In this document: positions 9,720 through 19,867 of the stretch, piece after piece | Numbering within the stretch: position 1 is the first letter of the stretch | Layout: every line of letters starts with the position of its first letter | DNA from: Escherichia phage atuna | Sequence record: NC_049819.1 | DNA: 50,732 nt | Reading direction: 5' to 3' (one strand) | Made by a program: the position numbers and the translations under genes | Notes under the pieces: generated by a model | The model's input: only the letters and a program-made list of their open reading frames with translations | What the model was told of the DNA's origin: nothing | Databases searched by the model: none

Positions 9720-10172
9720 TTAGAAGGGTATATCGTCGTCAAAGTCAATCGGAGGCTGATTGCTTTGCTGTGGTTGCTGTTGAGTATTTTGTTGCTGTTG
9801 CTGTTGTGGTTGCCACCAGCCTCCTTGCGTTCGCTGTTGATATTGTTGCTGGCTTTCCCCACGCTGGCTAAATAGCAAGTTTGCAAATCCGCCAGGCTGC
9901 ACGGTGCTGTAAATCTTTCCGTTGTATTCTCGCGTTTCAACCCGCAAGGTGTCGCAGGAAACAGAAATAACCTTACCAACCTGGAACGCCTCAGCATACC
10001 AACCATTCAGGCCGTCTGTTTTCGCGTTAAAGAAAAATACATAGTTTGTATACTGCCAATTGCCTTCACGGTCTTTATATCGTTCGGAAAGCTCAACAAC
10101 ATATAGCGTGCTGCCGTTAGGCATTTGCTTTACTTTTGGCTCTTTTCGGATCTCACCTGTAATAACGTGCAT
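9720..10172 (-). CDS. ssb: Single-stranded DNA-binding protein
   Basis: Gln/Pro-rich tail ending DFDDDIPF (canonical SSB C-terminus); start at internal Met MHVITG preceded by AGGAG. Confidence 0.85.
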   Translation of the reverse strand: MHVITGEIRKEPKVKQMPNGSTLYVVELSERYKDREGNWQYTNYVFFFNAKTDGLNGWYAEAFQVGKVISVSCDTLRVETREYNGKIYSTVQPGGFANLLFSQRGESQQQYQQRTQGGWWQPQQQQQQNTQQQPQQSNQPPIDFDDDIPF

Positions 10173-10215
10173 TTTGTTTTCTCCTATGACAAAAGGGGCG
10201 CAAGCGCCCCGTTTA

Positions 10216-10884
<669 letters not shown>

Positions 10885-10945
10885 TTATCTGGTTGGCGAA
10901 TTATATCACCAACCATTATAAAAGTTTAGCTATTTATTTAGTTTG

Positions 10946-12001
10946 TCATAGATACTGCCTGAATTGAGCGCGGACCCAATCAGGAGTATCAAGATCAATT
11001 TCTGGTTGCCCGTTTGCATACGAAGGCCATTCATCTAACTGTTGGCAAACGTTGAACTTGTTGATCACGCTCATGTACTGGATACGCCCGATCTTCAATT
11101 GCTCAATGTTCATGCGGAATGCGAGCGGCAAGTAAGGCTCTTTCTTCTCTTGAGCAAGCAATCTCACAATTACTGGCCTTTCCTCGTCTGGATACGCCTT
11201 TTTAAATAAATCATGCTGCAAAGCCATTTTGAGATAATAGCCGTGATTGTAAGCCAGGCGCTGGAAGTCAACCGGATTTGCGCTAACCGTTGTTTTATAG
11301 TCAGTGATAATCACAGCTTCTGGATAGATGACTTCTTCATAAATCGGTCGGCCTTTTTCGTCGTAACCGTTAATGATTGTGGCCTTTACATCCTTGTTTA
11401 CGTCAACGTGATCAAGGCGCACTTTAACTTTTACGCCATTGATGATCCCGAATATTGACATTTCACGCTGCGCGGTTGGGCTATTCATGCAAGCATTATG
11501 CTCAGGTATTGCCTCAAGTACGCGCCGCATCGCTACACAGGCATCATAATCTTTCGCGTCGATTAGCTGCACGCCGTCCGCTGCGGCCTGGCATTCTGCC
11601 ATCATTTCGATAAGCCACCACACATTGAGATCCTCACCGCACTTGTACAGCATTTCCAGCAATTCAGGGTATTGCTTACCCGTCGTACCTTTCAGGCCAA
11701 AAGATTTCAGCTTTGAGGCTAACGCCGTTTGACTTGTGATCAGATCTTTAAAATCATCCTGCGACGGTGCGCGGCGATATGTTTTTTCGAATAACTCCTT
11801 GCTTTCAAAATTGGTATGCGACTGCGTACCGAAAACAAGTGCCTTAGTTTCCTGGCGAGGCTTGTACTTCCAGTACGCCGGGCAAGTGCTGTAAATCTCC
11901 GCCAAGCTGGAACCGCTGACGTATTCAGCCGTCCACGCGTTAGGATCATGATAAAGCTCATTGCTCATTTCTTCGCTAGTGTAGGCGTTAAAATCACTCA
12001 T
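10946..12001 (-). CDS. Recombination exonuclease (PD-(D/E)XK, RecE/YqaJ-like)
   Basis: 351 aa; VIITDYK-type D-x-K segment; first gene of exo/annealing/SSB cluster. Confidence 0.55.
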   Translation of the reverse strand: MSDFNAYTSEEMSNELYHDPNAWTAEYVSGSSLAEIYSTCPAYWKYKPRQETKALVFGTQSHTNFESKELFEKTYRRAPSQDDFKDLITSQTALASKLKSFGLKGTTGKQYPELLEMLYKCGEDLNVWWLIEMMAECQAAADGVQLIDAKDYDACVAMRRVLEAIPEHNACMNSPTAQREMSIFGIINGVKVKVRLDHVDVNKDVKATIINGYDEKGRPIYEEVIYPEAVIITDYKTTVSANPVDFQRLAYNHGYYLKMALQHDLFKKAYPDEERPVIVRLLAQEKKEPYLPLAFRMNIEQLKIGRIQYMSVINKFNVCQQLDEWPSYANGQPEIDLDTPDWVRAQFRQYL

Positions 12002-12140
12002 CTTTGATGCTCCTTGTTGCTTTGTGTGTGCATTGTAGCCATTTGGTTGATTTAGTCAATAGTTGTTTTGTTTTTTCTGTTTTCTAAACGTTCTTAGATT
12101 GCAAGAAAACAAATTTGAAACGTAAGTCAATGATTAATAT

Positions 12141-12350
12141 GTGTTATTTTTCTTGTTCCATTGTTCTCTCAGATACGCCGGATTATATACATACACATGA
12201 ATGATGGCACATACAGATACTCATAAAGAAAAATCACCACAAACAACCAAAACCACAAGAAACACAGATAACAAGAAAAAACAAATATACATACATAAAT
12301 AAATAAACTATTGATTTTATATGTATATATCTATTTTATTGATTGTTTAT
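12141..12350. repeat. A+C-rich strand-skewed low-complexity element, copy A (homologous to 42196-42510)
   Basis: Shared blocks tttttcttgttcc, cacatacagatac, gataacaa, acataaataaataa with copy B; plus strand almost devoid of G over ~150 bp. Confidence 0.6.
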
Positions 12351-12428
12351 TGCCCTTACGTTGGCTAAAATTTGCGCTAAATTTACGCCGTCTTAAATTC
12401 GATAACGCCGAAAAACAAAAAATAACAA

Positions 12429-12446
12429 GTAGCACTTTTTGCTAAA
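12429..12446 (+). promoter_or_regulatory. Conserved motif variant (GTAGCACTTTTTGCTAAA) + TATAGT upstream of lipoprotein gene
   Basis: Motif then TATAGT 21 nt after TTGCTA, then SD aaggag and ATG 12502. Confidence 0.5.
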
Positions 12447-12501
12447 CGCGCGCATTAAAATCGTGTATAGTTGAACCAACAACAACAAAGGAGATGAAAA
12501 G

Positions 12502-12771
12502 ATGAAAAAGTTAATTGCAGTTATCGCCACCGTAGCCGCTCTGACCGGATGCGCAGCGTCGCCTACTGGCGGCTTCAAAGAGATCGATTGCACGGCAAAA
12601 TTTAACGTTAAAACATTCCCTGTTAACGGATTCCATGAGGTCAAAATTAATGCAGTCCGCGAAAACAGATTCAGCCAAAAGCAATACAGGTTGAGCGTTG
12701 ACAATAAAGAAGTTAAGTTTATCAACCGCTGGCAAAATGAAAGTAAATTTATTGATTTGAGGTGTAATTAA
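12502..12771 (+). CDS. Outer-membrane lipoprotein, candidate superinfection-exclusion protein (Cor/Llp-like)
   Basis: Signal peptide with lipobox LTGC (MKKLIAVIATVAALTGC); small size; location beside tail-fibre genes. Confidence 0.55.
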   Translation: MKKLIAVIATVAALTGCAASPTGGFKEIDCTAKFNVKTFPVNGFHEVKINAVRENRFSQKQYRLSVDNKEVKFINRWQNESKFIDLRCN

Positions 12772-13049
12772 TGGCGCAATATGGTTATGCAATATATGAC
12801 GATCGAGGAAGGGAAGTTACAGGACTTTTAACGCCTGTTTTCTTCCTTGATAAATTCACTCAGCCATCAGGTAGCAAGACTTACCAAAACAGGCCACCAG
12901 GTAAATCATTGAAAGCAATATATGTTGGCATGAATTCCTGGCGTGGTGGCGACCCTGGCGCACCAAACTTAGGGGTAAGTGGCGACACCGTTACATGGAG
13001 TGGGCTTTCTGGATCTGATTCAAGATATATATATACTTTTTGGGGGTGA
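12771..13049 (+). CDS. Hypothetical protein (92 aa)
   Basis: ORF, start overlaps previous stop (TAATG). Confidence 0.4.
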   Translation: MAQYGYAIYDDRGREVTGLLTPVFFLDKFTQPSGSKTYQNRPPGKSLKAIYVGMNSWRGGDPGAPNLGVSGDTVTWSGLSGSDSRYIYTFWG

Positions 13050-13051
13050 TA

Positions 13052-13666
13052 ATGTACGGGATGAGTATAAAAAAATCAGACGGATCGTTATGGTTAAGTC
13101 CAGATTTCACTCCAGTTAATCTAATTGATCGGGCCGTAATATCTGCTAATACCGGAACCGTTTTTACTTCGTCAATTCCTGTTGATAGGGTATGTTTTTT
13201 CTTTGTTAGATTGACTGCTAAATCATACATATCATTTACGCAATTTAACAATGGTGGAAGGCACGCAATAAGAATTGATAGATCTGATAATCAAGGGGAG
13301 GTTATTGTTTATGCTTTTAGTAACATGGTGACTCCTCCAGGTAGTCACGGCATAGCGTTTTATAACGCTCATGGTGAAATGGTTTATCATGGAAAAATGA
13401 GGCCGCTTGATGCAAAGCAAGTTGGTGTGAGCGGGATCGCGTTTGATGTTAACCTGGGCTACCCTTGCGCAATAATGCCATCACTAACAGCGTTAAACTC
13501 TGTACCTAATCCGGCTTTAGGTGGATTTATGATTTTTGAGTCTCAAGCTGCCGCGTATGGTAACGGGATCTACTCTTTTTCTAGGCAGGTTGCACAAACC
13601 CCTGGACCTGTTGGTATTTACACCGCTTCATCTGTTTTGGTTATAAATGCATCACACTATGATTAA
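13052..13666 (+). CDS. Hypothetical protein (about 204 aa)
   Basis: ORF; ATG 13052 chosen over TTG 13040. Confidence 0.4.
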   Translation: MYGMSIKKSDGSLWLSPDFTPVNLIDRAVISANTGTVFTSSIPVDRVCFFFVRLTAKSYISFTQFNNGGRHAIRIDRSDNQGEVIVYAFSNMVTPPGSHGIAFYNAHGEMVYHGKMRPLDAKQVGVSGIAFDVNLGYPCAIMPSLTALNSVPNPALGGFMIFESQAAAYGNGIYSFSRQVAQTPGPVGIYTASSVLVINASHYD

Positions 13667-13669
13667 AAT

Positions 13670-13696
13670 TAAAGGGGGCTACGCCCCCTTTTTTTT
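13670..13696. terminator. Bidirectional terminator between convergent genes
   Basis: gggggctacgccccc stem followed by T8 on plus and T/A-rich run on minus. Confidence 0.75.
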
Positions 13697-16600
13697 ACCA
13701 GATTCCGGTAATCCTTCCGACTTCAACCCTCAATACTCCGTTTGCATCTTTTACCTTCAATCCTTCGTTGGTGAATTTAGTAGCTCCCTCTCCTGGAGTT
13801 GAACCGTAGTTTTCAAATGTTCCGTTTTTATCAAGCCTCCAACCTTGCTGATTTTGAACAAAATTGTTTGACTGAATAAAGTTTCCAATCATGGCATTAG
13901 TTATTGAACCATCTTTCACAAGTAAGCTATTGATGAAAACCTGGTTATTCTCAACCACGAAAGGAAGCGTATATGCCCCGCCGCTAGAACTTGTCATGAT
14001 CGCGAATCTGTTAGCGTCAAACAGAATCTGTGATATTAATCCTTGCGGTGATTGCGTTAACTGCATAACCATTCCGGCGCTGTACTGCTGACCGTTATAG
14101 GTTAGGCCCAGCTTCATTGAATATTGAGCACCAACGGAATCAACGCCAGCCCATGAATCAAGTTTTTCAGTAAGTGCCGACTCAAGATCACCAAACTTTG
14201 CCGTTAATGCAGTATCGGCAGAAACGCGCGCCTCTGTTTCGCTTGCAATCGCTTCCTCAACTCTCGTTAACTGCCCCTGTATATCATCACCAATCTGTGA
14301 TTTTAATTCCTCTATAGCTGTTGCTCGCGTTTCTGATTCTGTTGCGATCGCCTGATCAAGTCTTGTTACTTCGCTAGTTATCTCCTCATCAAATTCTGCT
14401 TTTAATTGCGTTAACGCTATCACCCTTGCTTCTGTTTCATCAGCAATCATCTGTATAGATTGCCTAAATTCAGCTTTCCGTTTCCCATTCTCCTTTTTCA
14501 TAACTCTAACATCAGAATCATTTGCCAAAGCGTTCTGAATGATTGATTGCGCCTGGTCTTTGATTTTGTTGGCGCTGTCTATGGCGTTCTCTTTGATTTC
14601 TTGACCAGCTTCGGTATCAAAAATCTTGTCCAGAATGTCGCCTAAAACAGAATCAACATCATCTGACGCCATGCCGCGAACAAAGTCAGTCCAGCCGGAA
14701 ACATTGCCGATCCTGTCAACGCTACGGATTCTATACCATACAACTTGCCCCGCTGGTAACGTGCCATGCCAATACTCATATTGAGGATACGGGATCAGCG
14801 TAAGCAAACTTGAGTTTTCCACCGTTCCATCTGGCGATTGGTGAAGCTCGATGTAAGCCGTATCTCCTGACCCTTCCGGCATACCCCATTTGACACGAAT
14901 GCCAAAAACTTCATTATCAGAAGCTGTAAGATTAATCGGCGCTCCTGGCTCGCCAACTTTACCTGTCAGGGTTGCGGTTGCAATCTTTGACCACGGGGAA
15001 GTGTTACCGCTTGCAGAAACAGATCTAACCCTTACTTGGTAGTTACCAGAATAAATTCCTTCTACCTCTATCTCTTTGTTAGCTGTCTGCGGCGTATTCA
15101 GCCAGTTGCCATCACCTTTTCGCCATTGCATTTCATACAGTGACGCATAAGGCACTTTATCCCACGACACAACCATAGTCTCAACGCTGACACCCTGCAC
15201 GACGCGAGAATAAGATGAGATTTGCACGTTCTCAGGAGCTGCCATTACGTCAGGCTGAACAATTGAAGTCGGCCTGTCATCAATGTTTACTCCATAATCA
15301 ATCTCGTCGTATTTGTTCGGATCGTACTCTACAGCCGTTATTGAATAGGTAAACTCATTTTCGTCATCACCCTTGCTGATAGTTGTCACAACGTATTGCT
15401 GCAACGCAAGGTCAGTACGGTCAATCGCAAAAACAGTATCAGGCTTAACATCAAAACCAAATCCAATATTTAACTCAATGGTTTTTCCGTCTGCGCTCAC
15501 CTTTGAGATCGTTCGCTTAACTGGCTTGCCGTCCGGCTTGTTGATGATAATAAAATCACCAGGACGAGCATCAACCTTAAACGGAACGAAAACCTGCAAT
15601 CCTGAAACTTCCATCACTCGGCCCGATAGGTTTAACGTTAGGTTGCTGCTCTGAAAATTATCAGCGATAGCAATCACATCACCTATTGATGGAATCATCC
15701 CCTCCAGTCCAGTAGCAAAGTTTACAGTAGTGCTTCTAAGGTTTGTTTTCAAAACCCACCGACCGCGACGATTCGCCTCGCTCCTGCGTGTACACCCGAT
15801 CGCTGTAATGCTTGTTGGATTGTATCCAAATCGTAATGCCGCCTCAGTATCAAAAACCCCCTCTACGTCCTGTTGATACATGTTTTGTTCGTCGTCAAAC
15901 GTCACGTTACACTGCGTGTACATGCTTTTTTCGCTTGCGGTTGTGTACTGAAAATCACCGTTGATGACGTTTTCATTAGTAAACACGTATGATGGATCGC
16001 GCGGCTTATCAATCACGATTGATAAGCTCTCACCATTCCAAAAGCTCATTCCGCGAAAGATTGAGCAAATGTCACGGATTAGCTGATAAGCCTCAACCTG
16101 ATTCTGGATCACCACATCGCATAGGTAGCGAGGCTCTGTACCGCCCTTACCGTCTGGAACTTTCTGATCACAGTAAACGCCTGCCTCGTATAAGCTCCAC
16201 TTGTCGATCTGTATTCCTAACTCTCGCTGGTCAAGTCCATAACGCTGATTCGTCACCAGATCATAAAGAACCCATGCAGGATTATTTGACCACGCTTTTT
16301 TAAAAGTCCCATCCCATGACCCGTGATATTCTCTTGATATTGGATCGTAGTTGCTTGGCACATTAATAATCTTCCATTTCTTTTTTATAGAAATGTTAGG
16401 GATTTGTGTAGGAAACAATTCGCTGTCAAATTCTACAAATACAAGGCCAGTCAGAGGATAACGGAATTTTGCATCCACAACCTCAGCGTAACTTTGCAGT
16501 TTGATTTTATCAGTCACCTTTGAAGATGTGCTATCTGGAGTCAGTCGCTTGACTCTGATTAAAACGCGCTCCTCAAACTTAGGAAGATCAATCCTTCTGC

Positions 16601-17120
16601 TGCGGTCATATCCTGATCTTGTCTTGCCATCAATTACATCTCTCATAACCTCGTTATAAGAACCGCCATCAACAGCCATATCTACGGCATATTGAACCCT
16701 TACACCAACAAGATCGCCGTTATCCTCCTGTTTTATGCCAACTGGCATCAGAATCTTGATTCTGATTGCAGAAAGATTTTTATTTGTTACAGAGATAATA
16801 TAGGGATTGTCTGTTGTAATATCTCGCGAAACTGTCACCTCGCTTGATGTGTCAGTAAACCCCTGGATGTAATCTTGCGTCTGTGTGCCTGGCCTATATT
16901 CAGCCGTTACCCCCTCATAGTTAACAGTGCCATCGCTGGCAATAACCGGAACATCATCAAGATAAAGATCACGCAACGTGAAATCTGGATCGCACTCGCC
17001 ATCAGATACAGCCAGCAAAACTTTAATCTTGTTTATCGAGATCAGGTTATCTTCCATCTCTTTTGGCACGTATGGCTTTTTGCTTCCGCCCTTACTGCCG
17101 CTTATCATATATTTAGCCAT
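13695..17120 (-). CDS. Central tail fibre / host-specificity protein (lambda J-like)
   Basis: 1141-aa protein downstream of I-like gene; start at Met MAKYMISG with upstream AAGG; size and position typical of J. Confidence 0.75.
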   Translation of the reverse strand: MAKYMISGSKGGSKKPYVPKEMEDNLISINKIKVLLAVSDGECDPDFTLRDLYLDDVPVIASDGTVNYEGVTAEYRPGTQTQDYIQGFTDTSSEVTVSRDITTDNPYIISVTNKNLSAIRIKILMPVGIKQEDNGDLVGVRVQYAVDMAVDGGSYNEVMRDVIDGKTRSGYDRSRRIDLPKFEERVLIRVKRLTPDSTSSKVTDKIKLQSYAEVVDAKFRYPLTGLVFVEFDSELFPTQIPNISIKKKWKIINVPSNYDPISREYHGSWDGTFKKAWSNNPAWVLYDLVTNQRYGLDQRELGIQIDKWSLYEAGVYCDQKVPDGKGGTEPRYLCDVVIQNQVEAYQLIRDICSIFRGMSFWNGESLSIVIDKPRDPSYVFTNENVINGDFQYTTASEKSMYTQCNVTFDDEQNMYQQDVEGVFDTEAALRFGYNPTSITAIGCTRRSEANRRGRWVLKTNLRSTTVNFATGLEGMIPSIGDVIAIADNFQSSNLTLNLSGRVMEVSGLQVFVPFKVDARPGDFIIINKPDGKPVKRTISKVSADGKTIELNIGFGFDVKPDTVFAIDRTDLALQQYVVTTISKGDDENEFTYSITAVEYDPNKYDEIDYGVNIDDRPTSIVQPDVMAAPENVQISSYSRVVQGVSVETMVVSWDKVPYASLYEMQWRKGDGNWLNTPQTANKEIEVEGIYSGNYQVRVRSVSASGNTSPWSKIATATLTGKVGEPGAPINLTASDNEVFGIRVKWGMPEGSGDTAYIELHQSPDGTVENSSLLTLIPYPQYEYWHGTLPAGQVVWYRIRSVDRIGNVSGWTDFVRGMASDDVDSVLGDILDKIFDTEAGQEIKENAIDSANKIKDQAQSIIQNALANDSDVRVMKKENGKRKAEFRQSIQMIADETEARVIALTQLKAEFDEEITSEVTRLDQAIATESETRATAIEELKSQIGDDIQGQLTRVEEAIASETEARVSADTALTAKFGDLESALTEKLDSWAGVDSVGAQYSMKLGLTYNGQQYSAGMVMQLTQSPQGLISQILFDANRFAIMTSSSGGAYTLPFVVENNQVFINSLLVKDGSITNAMIGNFIQSNNFVQNQQGWRLDKNGTFENYGSTPGEGATKFTNEGLKVKDANGVLRVEVGRITGIW

Positions 17121-17168
17121 GACTTTTAACCTTTTGTGCTGTTTCTTGGTTTGCACATTATAAATGCA

Positions 17169-17193
17169 CAAAAAAACCAGCGCAATGCTGGTT
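17169..17193 (-). terminator. Hairpin + T8 between HNH endonuclease gene and J-like gene
   Basis: accagcattgcgctggt followed by TTTTTTTT on minus strand. Confidence 0.5.
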
Positions 17194-17197
17194 AAAT

Positions 17198-17674
17198 CTA
17201 CTTTCCGTGGTTTATGTGGAATTTGTTTAAAACTTCAATCTCTATCCTCTTTTCTGCCGCATCCTGAAATGAATCAAAGTAAAATTCATGCCTAACACCA
17301 TCAATCTTTGCTCTTGCAATCCATTTTCCGCGACTAAAGTTTACTCCAGTAATTCCCGTCTTGCTGTTCCTGTAAAGCGACTTATTCTTGTTGTTAACAC
17401 TCATTCTAACAAGTCTTAAGTTTGAAATATTGTCGTTCATTGTGTTGTGATCTATGTGATCAACTTGCATTCCATGCGGTATTTCTCCATTATGAATTTC
17501 CCAAACTATCCTGCTCCTGTAGTATCTTTCTCCATCAATTGATATTCTAACCCTTTCTCCACTCTTCTTGCTTTTGCTTACGCTTCCTGCCTCACTTCCT
17601 TTCTTTATCCTTCTTCCTACGTCTACAGCCCAAAATAACTTACCGTCATTATAATAAAAAATATCACGCCACAT
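17198..17674 (-). CDS. HNH homing endonuclease with AP2 DNA-binding domain
   Basis: HIDHNTMNDNISNLRLV (HNH) and GITGVNFSRGKWIARAKIDGVRHEFYFDSFQDAAEKR (AP2-like); ATG 17674 after AAGGAGGTG. Confidence 0.8.
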   Translation of the reverse strand: MWRDIFYYNDGKLFWAVDVGRRIKKGSEAGSVSKSKKSGERVRISIDGERYYRSRIVWEIHNGEIPHGMQVDHIDHNTMNDNISNLRLVRMSVNNKNKSLYRNSKTGITGVNFSRGKWIARAKIDGVRHEFYFDSFQDAAEKRIEIEVLNKFHINHGK

Positions 17675-17717
17675 GATCACCTCCTTAATTAATTGTAAAG
17701 CGAAAATCCGTTTTCGC

Positions 17718-17737
17718 TTTAACATATTGTGCTATTT
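17718..17737 (-). promoter_or_regulatory. Degenerate motif copy (AATAGCACAATATGTTAAA) + hairpin immediately upstream of HNH gene
   Basis: Motif with TTTTT replaced by AATAT, followed by aaagcgaaaacggattttcgcttt hairpin and SD. Confidence 0.45.
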
Positions 17738-18332
17738 ATGCTTTGTCCTCTGCGTAGCTGCCAGCCGACCAGATCGCGCCGCCTACTGTCCTATATCCAT
17801 ATGGCAAAGGAACCGGATAGCCTGCCGCCGTGGTATTTACTGCGCCGCCGAAAGCGTAAGAAGGCTTGTTTTCTGCTGATTGGCTTTGCAGTTTCATTCC
17901 GCCCTGCTGCGGCGAAATCATTTGCATGACACCCCCAAGCGCGATAGCACCACCCATCATAAATGCGGAAGATGCAAAAGCGCCCATAGCCGCAAGGCTT
18001 GCACCACCAGTAATGAACGCAGTAGCCATAATTACAGCGCCAAAAACAACATTGAACAGGCCGCCGGACTTAGAACCAGTTGGAACGGGAATTATTCTAA
18101 CCTCTCGCGCGCACTTCCATGATTTTTCATCATGCTGACCAATGTTTTTACCGTCAACGAATATAGCATACTTCATGCGCGATCCAACTTCGCTTTGCAT
18201 GTAGTCTTTGAACCCTTCAACCTGGGAAGATAACGCGCGTATTGCTTCGGGGTATGAGTCAACCGCCATTTTGTGAAAGACGCCAAATCTACGCCCCAGG
18301 GAACCAGATAGCTTAATTACTTTCAATGTCAT
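17736..18332 (-). CDS. Tail assembly protein (lambda I-like)
   Basis: 198 aa, Gly/Ala-rich hydrophobic C-terminal half; position between K-like and J-like genes. Confidence 0.6.
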   Translation of the reverse strand: MTLKVIKLSGSLGRRFGVFHKMAVDSYPEAIRALSSQVEGFKDYMQSEVGSRMKYAIFVDGKNIGQHDEKSWKCAREVRIIPVPTGSKSGGLFNVVFGAVIMATAFITGGASLAAMGAFASSAFMMGGAIALGGVMQMISPQQGGMKLQSQSAENKPSYAFGGAVNTTAAGYPVPLPYGYRTVGGAIWSAGSYAEDKA

Positions 18333-19044
18333 ATTTCAGATCCTTATGTCGGCAAATTTTTACAGTGTGCTCCTGATACCATCCAGAATACAAGTCAATG
18401 CGAGATAGCTTTCCAAACGCATGATGTAATAGCTGGTTGTTTCCCAAATATATACCCGCATGATTCCAGACTGGCGATGATAGTTGCATGATAACCATAT
18501 CGCCAGGCTTTGGAGGCTCGTTAGTTTCAATAAATCCCTCTTTTAAATAATTATCCTGGTAAAGATTTTCACCATATTCTGACTTCCACCACTCGTAAGG
18601 CTTTCGGAAGTCATTCAATACTACTCCGTGCTGTTTATGCCACGCCATGATAAGACCCCAGCAATCGAACGACCCAAGCGACCACGGGCGACCGATAAGC
18701 GGCCTCTCCTGCGGCTCGACAATTCTCATATCACCTTCGGGCCATGACACTATAATCCACGACACACCCATTTCATCGCACATACATGAGTCGTGCGCGC
18801 TCGGTATCGTGCTAGCACCATCCCCGCAATGGGAATGCACCACCGCGATTAATTCGCCTTTGTCGAGCGATTCAGCGTATTCTACAGCGTCCATTTCAAA
18901 ATGATTTTCTGGATCGTCATGCACGTTGGTTATGCGGTGATATTTCTGTACCCGTGACTTTTGAGTTATGACGCCGCAAGCCTCTTTAGGGTATTCCTCT
19001 TTAACGTGCTGCATTATTTCAAGTTTAATTTTTGCACTAATCAT
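18313..19044 (-). CDS. Tail assembly protein (lambda K-like; JAB/MPN + NlpC/P60 domains)
   Basis: HSHCGDGAST...SAHD metal-site-like motif and Cys/His/His NlpC/P60 triad (CWGLIMAWH, HAGIYLG, HHAF); start ATG 19044 after GGAGGA overlapping L stop. Confidence 0.8.
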   Translation of the reverse strand: MISAKIKLEIMQHVKEEYPKEACGVITQKSRVQKYHRITNVHDDPENHFEMDAVEYAESLDKGELIAVVHSHCGDGASTIPSAHDSCMCDEMGVSWIIVSWPEGDMRIVEPQERPLIGRPWSLGSFDCWGLIMAWHKQHGVVLNDFRKPYEWWKSEYGENLYQDNYLKEGFIETNEPPKPGDMVIMQLSSPVWNHAGIYLGNNQLLHHAFGKLSRIDLYSGWYQEHTVKICRHKDLKYDIESN

Positions 19045-19805
19045 TATTGATTCCTCCGTAGCAGTGAAGCAACAGCGCAACCGCCGAAATCCAATTCGTT
19101 TTGCTGACCGAACCTCAATTTGCAAGCCGTTACAGTTCCGGCGCAATAGTCTTGTGATGGATCTGTTACTGGCTTATTGTCTTTATCGAACATTGCCGAT
19201 CCGTTATAAGAGCAACCCTTTCCGCTCCTGTACCACCCCCTTTGCGCCCAATAGCAAACGCTTTGAGTGATGCGCGGCGGGATCATTAATCCATCCATAT
19301 CGTAAGGCGATGTCAGATCAAATTTCGCCACCTCTCTATTATACTGGCTTGGGCGCTCAATGTAATAAACCAATTTTCTGTAAGCGCCATCTTTGATTGC
19401 TCCGCCTTCTCCTATAAATTCATTTGCCGTAATCCAGAAAGTCACCTTTGCTTGCATCATGCCATTGTAATTTCTGATCATGGCGCTAACCCTGCTGTCA
19501 AGGTTTGACACTATAAGCTGAGGCTTATCTGCCCTGCCGTTACTTGTGAAGTTAATCCCGCTCACACCGAAAGGCCGCGCTCCGTAAACCTCACCCTGGA
19601 AAATAATATCTTTCGGCGGCAAGATTCCGGTTTGCTGCGCTTGCATTAATTCTTCGGCAGTATAAGAGATATTCTCATTGTGAAATCGGTAAATATTTGC
19701 CCCGAACTTCGTCCCGTCAATCTCTACAAGCGTTATAATTTCTCCTGGGTACAAACTTTGTAGGCAGTTCTCAAATTCAACTCTACCTGATTCTTTATTA
19801 GCCAT
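19044..19805 (-). CDS. Minor tail protein (lambda L-like)
   Basis: 253 aa; synteny M-L-K-I-J. Confidence 0.65.
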   Translation of the reverse strand: MANKESGRVEFENCLQSLYPGEIITLVEIDGTKFGANIYRFHNENISYTAEELMQAQQTGILPPKDIIFQGEVYGARPFGVSGINFTSNGRADKPQLIVSNLDSRVSAMIRNYNGMMQAKVTFWITANEFIGEGGAIKDGAYRKLVYYIERPSQYNREVAKFDLTSPYDMDGLMIPPRITQSVCYWAQRGWYRSGKGCSYNGSAMFDKDNKPVTDPSQDYCAGTVTACKLRFGQQNELDFGGCAVASLLRRNQ

Positions 19806-19867
19806 TTTCTACCTCCTTTTTGCTCATTGTAACATCAAGAAAAAAGCCGCACAAAGGCGGCTTTAAA

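Noticed and set aside
12393-12792. Minus-strand ORFs 12393-12725 and 12511-12792
   Set aside because: Antisense to the lipoprotein gene, which has a canonical signal peptide and lipobox, and running into the low-complexity A+C-rich element; no SD.
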